DNA of 64,000 bases from Rhynchopus sp. YZ270_cl-10 (lineage: Eukaryota). Shown in pieces: positions 56,396 through 64,000 of the stretch. A model generated the notes under the pieces. It ran no database searches. It saw only the letters and a list, made by a program, of their open reading frames with translations, and was not told the origin of the DNA. The stretch lies in the NCBI GenBank assembly GCA_964035575.1, contig OZ037834.1, forward strand, positions 1,426,001 through 1,490,000, read 5' to 3'. The stretch's first letter is position 1, and every line of letters begins with the position of its first letter. Both the position numbers and the translations under genes were made by a program.

Positions 56396-58318
56396 TCATG
56401 CAGATGCGGCCTTCTCCTCCATCTTACCCATGAAGGTGAGTCCGAGGAGTCCCTTCTGGTCGACAACGGAGTCGGACACCTTGTACTTCTCCATCTCCTT
56501 CTCGAAGGCGATGCGCTCACGCTCTGCCTCGGCCTCACGCTCTTCGGCGGTGATGGTCTCGCCGCTGGCGTCCACAGTGGAGGCATCTCCAGAGGAACGG
56601 GACTGCAGGCGCACGATCTCTGCAAGCATCTTGGCACGGCGTGCCTCGTCTGCGCTGTTGCCTCCACCCGTCGCTGCGCCGACGCTCGAGGAGTTCGCCT
56701 GCTGCACACCCTCCATGGTCGCAACAATCTCCTCCTTGGTCTTCATGCGCACGTTGCTGTAACGCTTGTCGGTCTCCCCCGCCGACACAAAGTCCTCCGC
56801 GTCACCCGGTGCCATGTGAATCGTTGCCGCCTCCACCTCAGCAACGTCACGTGCATCGGGGTTGTAGTCCGCGAAGCGCGAGAAGGAGAGCTGTCCGTCC
56901 GCGTTGCGCTCAATGAGCTTCGCGTTGACAACCTCCTTCGCGAGGAAGGGCTTGAAGAGAATGATCTGCTCAACCAGGCGGTCGAGGGTGGCCTCCTGCT
57001 GGGGTCTCTTGTACAGCTCGAGCTCGGCCTCGATGGCGGCCTCGTCGCGGTCGAAGTTGGTTGCTGCCACCTGGTCGTATCTGTGGGGGTGGGGAGGGTG
57101 GGAGGGGCGGGAGAAGGCTTATAGAGGAACATAAGAAATAGGTGAATAGAGCCTGTAGTGGAGCTGTGGTGGCGGTGTACCTCTTGCGCTTCTCGGACAC
57201 GAGTTCGCGGTCAATGGCGTTCTCGTACTCGGCAGCCCAGTTGAAGAGCGGGGCGGCAACACCGCCACCTGCGGCGAAGGCCTTACGCTTCTCGGCAGAC
57301 TCAGCATCACGCTTGAGCTTGTTGAGCTCCATCTGGTCCTGCGGGGTGTACACGAGCCATTTCTCCATGTCTTCGTACGAGCACTCGCCCTCGTTCTTCG
57401 CGTACTGGCAGAGTCCGTGACGGAGCACACGCTCAATGACCTGGATCTGGCTCACCTCCTTGCCCTCCTCGAGGGGGGCCTCGTTGCTGCCACAGCTGGA
57501 CAGCACATTGTCCACTTCGGCCTGTGGAGGGTTGGGTGGTTAGGTGGATAGGTGGGGACAAATATTCAAGGAAAATATCGCTTGCTTTTCAAATAAAATA
57601 ACGCGGTAGGACGCCTTCCACGGCTCATCAAAACCGCGAAGAAGAAAAAGAACACAGAACACATAGCATTTTGAGAAATTTACCCTAAGCACAAAAATGT
57701 TCACAATAGATGGGAGGGTTATGGGGAGTTTCTACGGTGTTTTCGTGAACACCAAAAATGTGTACAAAAATGCATTCCGTCCGCAAGGTTCGAACAGAGC
57801 GGGAATAGCATAAAGCTGCCAAAGGAGGGGAGGGGAGGGGAGGGGATGGGTATGGAGGAGGGATACCTTGATCTCATCGAAGGTGGCGGAGTGTTTGCGG
57901 GTGTACGCCTCGGGCTTCTCTCCGAGCTGTGCGCGGAGCACCTCAAGGTACTTCTGTGTGTTCACCGACTTCTGTGTGGCAGGGTGAAAGGTGAGGAAAC
58001 AGGAATAGTGATTTCAGGGAATAGCTACAGACAAAAAAGGGGGTGGAAACGCCTCTGGGAGGCAGGACGCAGGTACTGGAAGAACATAGAGAACACCCGC
58101 CTTCCAAACAAACCGACCAGAGACCAATGAGGGCAGAAAATGGCAGTTTTTTTATGTACCCCCGACTCACCCATTGTACCGTGCCAGCCAATGAAAAGCG
58201 CAAGAAAACACTGAAGGCATACCTGGTCAGCTGCGGTGGACGCAGAGGGGAAGTGCAGCACGGGTGCGACTCCGGCAATCCCGCGTGCCTGCCTTCCAAG
58301 ACGTGCAGCGAGATGCAT
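56396..58318 (-). CDS. Mitochondrial ATP synthase peripheral-stalk subunit d, euglenozoan type (ATPTB2-like); four exons
   Basis: The spliced product has a transit-like N-terminus and motifs GVAPVLHFP, YTRKHSAT, ERVLRHGL, WLVYTPQD, NWAAEY..IDRE..KRKRYD and FKPFLAKE. These match my recollection of Trypanosoma ATPTB2; not searched. Confidence 0.8.
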
Positions 58319-58819
58319 TGTTTTCTTTTCTTGCTTTTTTCAACGGCCCTACAGTGATGTGTCATATAGAGAGAGAAGGAAGAGAACATCAATAAAGGAA
58401 CCCAAAGAAAGAAGTTGAAGGTGCAATCCTTCGGCGGATGCAGGCATCGATCTTCATAAAATGAATGCGGCATTGTATCCTCAGGACATAAGACAATAGA
58501 CCCAAATGAAACGAGAAACTTTAGAGAAAGGAATTTTTTTTGAGCGGATACGGACCACGTTTGCTATGTACAGAATAAATGAATGTAACAGAAAAATAGG
58601 AGGAAATGAGGATTGGGGGTAATCGGGTTAACGTTGCCTGCGACAAGTGTAGGAGATTTTATTTTATTTTTTGGACGTTTTGTGTTATTTTGTTGAGATA
58701 GTGAGCAGTCTCTCGAATGCACCATCACAGCGGGGAGGGAGAAAGGGGATGCAGGTGTTGTGTTTGCAACCGCCTCGTTCTCTCGATTCCCTCCTGCTTG
58801 CTCGGATACAGCCTGCTTT

Positions 58820-60749
58820 TCACCACCCACGGCACGGCACCCACTCCTCCCCTGTCAGCACCCCACCCTCTTCGATCAGAACCCTGTTGTGTTAATGTGG
58901 TTGATAATGTCCATCTGTCGTTGATCCATTGATCCAAAACAAAAGTGAAGCTATTAATGCAGGCACCTCCGACTGACCCACGTATGATGCCAGCCATCCG
59001 GATGAAAGCACAAGAGAAACAAAAAGAAACAAAAAAACAGCGTACAGCCTCTCGCCCTTCTGCAACGCTTTTTTACAGAAGAATCACAACAACGCTCCCA
59101 CTAAGAAGAAACCCCGGTCATACATGACAAAAATTTAGATTATTTATATCTGCCAACTAATCTATCATACCGTAAAAATATTTATTCTGGGCCGGAACAA
59201 AACTGGAACACCCCAAAAAATCGTCGATTGTTCCAGTTTTGTTCCGTACCAGCATTGTTTTGGGGGGGTATCCGTGCCTTGTCAAAAAAAACGAGGAGTG
59301 CGACGAATTTTTTTTGCCCAAAGATGCACTATGCACCTGGGTGGGGTGGGAATGGGGATAAAAATTCTACCCCAACAGAACTGTTCTGGGCCGGAACAAA
59401 ACTGGGACACCCCCAAAAACCCCAAGTGTTCCAGTTTTGTTCCGGTCCAGTATACTTCTGTCTCAGAATAGTTACAGCCCAGAATAAATATTTTTACGGT
59501 ACTCGACAAAAGGAAAGATTATTTTCGTTGACGCAGCTGCTGAGGAAAAATCGAAATACTAAAAACCAAACCCCCATACTCCCCTAAAACTGAAAAAAAA
59601 AGCCAGGGTTAGTTGACACACCCAACTTCAGATAAAATAAATTACCTAATAAACCCCCTCCTCCCCTCCTCCCACCCCCCTTGCTTCCCTCACATACTTT
59701 GCATGCAACGCACCAGACGCACAGGAATGCCACGGTGCAAGCTCCAGAACCTCTCCAACGTTGTACTTCGCACAGTCGAGGGTCCCTTCTGCTGCAATCA
59801 CCTCCCCTGCCTCCTGCTTCAAGGTGCGCACCCGGAGCTCCGGATGCGATGTCAATATCCCATACCCATGCTCCGCCCCTTGCACAGAACACCCTGTCCA
59901 ACCTAAGTCTATTGTCATCATATTCCGTTCAGGGTAGATCCCTACAATCCTGGTCAACACCCTGACCGCCACCTGACCGATCGCACAACTGCCAATCACA
60001 CTCTGCATGCTGTCATACGTCACATAGTTTCCTGGATGCATTTCAGTCACCCCTGAAAGTCCATCTGCAGGAGGGTGGCTGCAGGTTGGGGTCGAACCCA
60101 CACCGACAGACTCCACTTCGATGCCTTCCTTTCGAAGACGTTCTGCAAAGCTGACCACTGCGTCACGCTCTTGCACAGCATAACCTTGAATCTCTTCTAC
60201 AGACCGCGCCGCATAGCTTCCACCACCATGTGTATATACCCCTGCGAGATGTGTCTTCGGATTTTCTTGAATCCTCTTCGCAATTTCTAACCCTTCGGCC
60301 CCCTTTGGGTCCACCCCGTCTCTGTGGTAACCGCAGTCCGCCATGATGAAGAGACGCCACTTCTTTGCGTCATCTGCTTCGGTTTCAGTGAACGCAAGAA
60401 TCGCGTTGAGTTGCTGTGTATTGTCTACCATGACGCTGAAATCGGCGGATTTTGCCTTAAGCATCGCAGCCTGAGGCAGCTTATCAGGGGTGATAGGGAC
60501 TGCATAGAGGATATCCGTGAAAGTGTCTGCAAAATGCTCTGCTTCGCGTAAAGTCGACACAACAATCCCCGACGGTCTTCCCCCAGTCTGCAGCAGCGCG
60601 CCCTCCAGAGTCTTGTGTGTTTTGACATGAGGGCGCAAAGTGCATTGCATCGCGTCTGCTCGTGCAAGCATAACCTTTGCATTGTTCACTGCAATCTCTT
60701 TTCGAAGGATATAACAAGGTGTACGTAAAGTGCTGCGGTCGATAGGCAT
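58820..60749 (-). CDS. D-serine dehydratase / D-threonine aldolase family PLP enzyme (fold type III); exons 60749-59698, 58883-58820
   Basis: LRPHVKTHK (PLP Lys), VGSTPT, EMHPGNYV and PWHSC (Zn ligands). Splicing gives the family-typical C-terminus WVPCRGW*. Confidence 0.88.
58957..59012 (-). repeat. Dispersed family F (second copy 11900-11958)
   Basis: ATGCAGGCACC(C)TCCKACTGACCCACGTAYGATGCCAGCC..CCGGATGAAAGCACAA is conserved at two loci 47 kb apart. Confidence 0.8.
59170..59499. mobile_element. Tc1/mariner-superfamily (Tc2/pogo-like) MITE inside an intron
   Basis: 23-bp perfect TIR CCGTAAAAATATTTATTCTGGGC flanked by TA on both sides; two internal GGAACAAAACTGG..CCAGTTTTGTTCC hairpins. Confidence 0.75.
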
Positions 60750-61143
60750 TCTAACGAAAAAAGAAAGGTGTAAAAAAAAGGTCTGAAATATTGTAAGGAT
60801 TTGAAAGGAGGAGAGGAGGAGGAGGAAGTGGTGATTGAAAATAGTGTTGAAAGTACCAACACCGCATCGTACATTGGGTATGGTTTTTCAGTGGGTTATC
60901 GAAACCCGGATCAGAGAGAGAAAAACTAAAATGGTGGGTCCTTATTATTGCCTTTTTTGCATTTTACACACATTCAATATTATTTTTTGGGGTTGAAGCG
61001 TGTTTAATCATAGACAGAACGATGCAATCGTTTTAAATACCCCAATCACCCCCTCTCCCCTTTCCCCTCTAAGCACTACCTCCGCTTGGTTCTGGTAGAC
61101 GGCTTTTTCAGATCCCATTCTCACCCAAAGATAAAGGGGGTTT

Positions 61144-61575
61144 TTATTTCTTCCCGCCTTCCTGCATTTTCTTGTATAGTTTAGCTCGTTGGGCCATGTG
61201 GTATTCTCTTAGGGATTGCACTGCGTTCGAGATTTTGCCTTGGATAGCGAAGACGCCGTCGAGAAGGACCAGCATAAGGGCGAAGATGAGGACTAGGGTT
61301 GCGGAGGGCTTGCGGAGCTCCTGGACGGCGGGGAAGTCTTGGATGAACATCATCATGCTGGGGCCAAAGAGCTGCTTCCAATCCATTGCCTGCCCTACCC
61401 ATTCCGCAAGCATCGCAGACGTCAGCAACAATATCCACGCTGCAGGCACAGCAGTCAACCCCCGTATCAACCCCCTCCCTGCACTCCCCGTCTGCCACGA
61501 CACAAACCACGCAGTAAACAGCATCGACATCGGCAACACACACCGCACCCCTAAATACGCCATATCCTCAATCAT
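61144..61575 (-). CDS. Small multi-pass membrane protein of unknown function
   Basis: 143-aa ORF with three hydrophobic segments and a basic C-terminus ending GGKK. Confidence 0.55.
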   Translation of the reverse strand: MIEDMAYLGVRCVLPMSMLFTAWFVSWQTGSAGRGLIRGLTAVPAAWILLLTSAMLAEWVGQAMDWKQLFGPSMMMFIQDFPAVQELRKPSATLVLIFALMLVLLDGVFAIQGKISNAVQSLREYHMAQRAKLYKKMQEGGKK

Positions 61576-61620
61576 TTTTAAAAAACCCCCCTACTATAAT
61601 GCGGAATGAGGTAAGTGAGA

Positions 61621-61736
61621 TAATGGCAGTATTGTGATGGGAGAGGAGCCCATTGGAATACGCAAAATACATCAAAATGTATTTTGATGTATTTTGCGTA
61701 TTCCAATGGGCTCCCATCACAATACTGCCACCATTA
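61621..61736. repeat. ~115-bp near-perfect palindrome (hairpin MITE-like)
   Basis: GGCAGTATTGTGATGGGAG..GAGCCCATTGGAATACGCAAAATACATCAAAAT mirrored across a central 2-nt loop. Confidence 0.85.
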
Positions 61737-61839
61737 GAGAGGGGGGTAAGAGGAAGGTCGGAAGATGATGAGGAAGCATATGGGTCGATTTCAAAACCCC
61801 CCCCCCCCCCAAAAGTTCTTTTTTGTCTTTTTCATGATA

Positions 61840-62324
61840 TAGGCAGTTTTTTTGCAGTCTGAGGTCCGGAACCGCCCCAAAAACGATTTTCTGGGAGGTT
61901 TTGGGTGGTTTTGGGGCGAAATGGACCTTTTTTGACCATTTTTATGGTATTTTTAGGCTGTTTTTGGCCCTTCTTCTTACACAGCCTATTGGGGGTCAAA
62001 ATAGCTATTTTTGACCAAAAAACACAATTTATTTGACGCCAGGAGGCCTCCGTTGGCCCAAATATATCCCAAAAATGGGCTGTGAGCCCAATCCGACCTG
62101 TTTTGGGCACATTTGGCACTTTTCTTGGTGCTTATTTGATGTTTTTTGGTCAAAAATAGCTATTTTGACCCCCAATAGGCTGTGTAAGAAGAAGGGCCAA
62201 AAACAGCCTAAAAATACCATAAAAATGGTCAAAAAAGGTCCATTTCGCCCCAAAACCACCCAAAACCTCCCAGAAAATCGTTTTTGGGGCGGTTCCGGAC
62301 CTCAGACTGCAAAAAAACTGCCTA
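61840..62324. mobile_element. Foldback element with 185-bp inverted arms
   Basis: 61840-62024 is the reverse complement of 62140-62324, around a ~115-bp spacer. TA lies at both outer ends. Confidence 0.8.
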
Positions 62325-62396
62325 CACGGCGGGGTCCGCACACCCCGAGGGTCCGTAAAACGGCATGTTAGGACACTCCCTCTTTACGGAGTGTCA

Positions 62397-62513
62397 TTAC
62401 GTACCCTAGGGTACGTAATTACGGACCCTAGGGTCCGTAATTACGTACCCTAGGGTCCGTAATTACGTACCCTAGGGTCCGTAATTACGTACCCTAGGGT
62501 CCGTAATTACGGA
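62397..62513. repeat. 22-bp tandem repeat built from palindromes (CCCTAGGG, CGTAATTACG)
   Basis: (CCCTAGGGTCCGTAATTACGTA) x ~5. Confidence 0.9.
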
Positions 62514-63454
62514 GCCTCCCAGGAAAAGGGACTCTCGAAAATTTTTTTTTGCCCCCGTTTAGGGCTAATTTCGACGATTTGAGGCCATTAAAAGCAAAAT
62601 TTGGCACTTTTGAGCATCTGTGGGGGTCTAAAACACAGTTTAGAGTACCACAATTTTTAGTGGGTTTTACCGAAAACAAGTCAATTTTTGGGCCGAAAAA
62701 AAATTTTTTTTGACATCACAAAATTGCCCTTGGTGGGCCTATGTGTCCTCAATGCTGGGCGAAAAATGCAAATATAGCTATTTTTAACTTTCACACACAC
62801 GGGTTTTACCTGTGTACCTGTGTATCTGTGTACCTGTGTACAGGATATTTGTTGTGAAAGACATCTTCCACCATGCATTGAGGAGGGTAAGACAGTGGTC
62901 GCAGTTTGTACTTGATAGCATTACAACATTTAACTTCTCCACGGGGGTCTTGGGCCGTTCACTCGGTTATACCTTGACTACCGGAAGATATTCTTGAGGC
63001 CTTTTTGGTCTCTAGAATATCCGGTATTCCCGAACGGAGGCGCACTTTGTGTGTTACTACGACCTGGCAATTTCCAGCAGTAGGTTAAGTAATCTTTCTT
63101 GTAAATTGTTGGATCATTATCTCCTCAGTGCATGAATGCCCCACGTGACTGGACACTTTCGTGTTTGTCATGTGGAGCTGTGGTTGCTTTTTTCACGACT
63201 TTTTTCCTTGTACACCAGTGTACCGTGTACCGGGGTACCTGGGCCGAAAATACACCAGTACCCAGGTGCCTGGGTGCCCAGACACACCACTGTACCCAGA
63301 ATCCAGTCTCCCACCCAGAAAACCTACTCATACACCAGAAAAGTGAAAATAGCTACTCGATCAGAAAAGTCGGCTACGACCAGAAAAGTAGCTGGGAAAA
63401 GTTCAGAAAAAGCCAGAAAATTTCAACAAAACGCATTTTTAGGTTCTCGAAGAC

Positions 63455-63733
63455 ACTGGGTACTGGGTACTGGGTACTGGGTACTGGGTACTGGGTACTG
63501 GGTACTGGGTACTGGGTACTGGGTACTGGGTACTGGGTACTGGGTACTGGGTACTGGGTACTGGGTACTGGGTACTGGGTACTGGGTACTGGGTACTGGG
63601 TACTGGGTACTGGGTACTGGGTACTGGGTACTGGGTACTGGGTACTGGGTACTGGGTACTGGGTACTGGGTACTGGGTACTGGGTACTGGGTACTGGGTA
63701 CTGGGTACTGGGTACTGGGTACTGGGTACTGGG
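63455..63733. repeat. Tandem satellite (ACTGGGT)n, ~40 units
   Basis: Read directly from the sequence. Confidence 0.98.
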
Positions 63734-64000
63734 CACCCAGAGAAAGCACCTTAAAAGCAGCGAAGGCGCAGGTTACGGGGAAGACAAGGTATGTAATTAT
63801 GTTTAACTTTCAGTTACTAGTGAAGATTGAACAAAAAAATGCCGCATATTTCAACTTGTTCGTGTTTTCAACTCGAAATAAACGCGTAATGTTCACACTA
63901 TTAAATAGCTATTTTTTTACGCACCAATCATTTTGTGTCACCTCATGACATGAAGGAGGAAATAGAAACAAAGCATTTTGAACACACTTGCGGTTCTGGG

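Noticed and set aside
1531..61609. Numerous plus-strand ORFs (e.g. 3035-3607, 29593-30669, 56297-57124)
   Set aside because: They are antisense shadows of GC-rich minus-strand coding exons, with no independent motifs.
63132..63948. ORFs with GTGYWVL/PSTQYPV repeats; telomere call
   Set aside because: The ORFs are products of the 7-bp satellite. The array is internal and is not TTAGGG.

Overview
Eukaryotic nuclear DNA from a euglenozoan, most likely a diplonemid (inference). The evidence is a euglenozoan-type ATP synthase subunit d, single-hairpin AGA-box snoRNA candidates, frequent GT-AG introns, and 17 recognisable protein genes all on the minus strand, as in a directional or polycistronic cluster. 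The genes are a type II PI4K, a proline-rich WH2 protein, BBS1, a coiled-coil protein, a divergent TrmA-like methyltransferase fused to a P-loop kinase, a 1920-aa multidomain pseudo-metacaspase, a young chimeric gene, a triple pseudo-exonuclease with an R3H-like tail, a UBL-WD40 protein, a membrane-anchored MsrB-like protein, two single-TM paralogues, SF3B1, a GPI-type multi-Cache surface protein, ATP synthase d, a D-serine dehydratase-like enzyme and a small membrane protein. There are three non-coding highlights. (1) About 30 short sense-strand RNA hairpin modules in several families have covarying stems, often a C-GNRA-G loop, and a 3' UUCA(U/A/C) motif; in seven verifiable introns a module ends 45-91 nt before the 3' splice site. 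(2) Two snoRNA arrays 39 kb apart are circular permutations of each other. (3) Several TIR/foldback elements and satellites share a CAG(G)TA core. All protein assignments come from motif recognition by eye; no database search was run.
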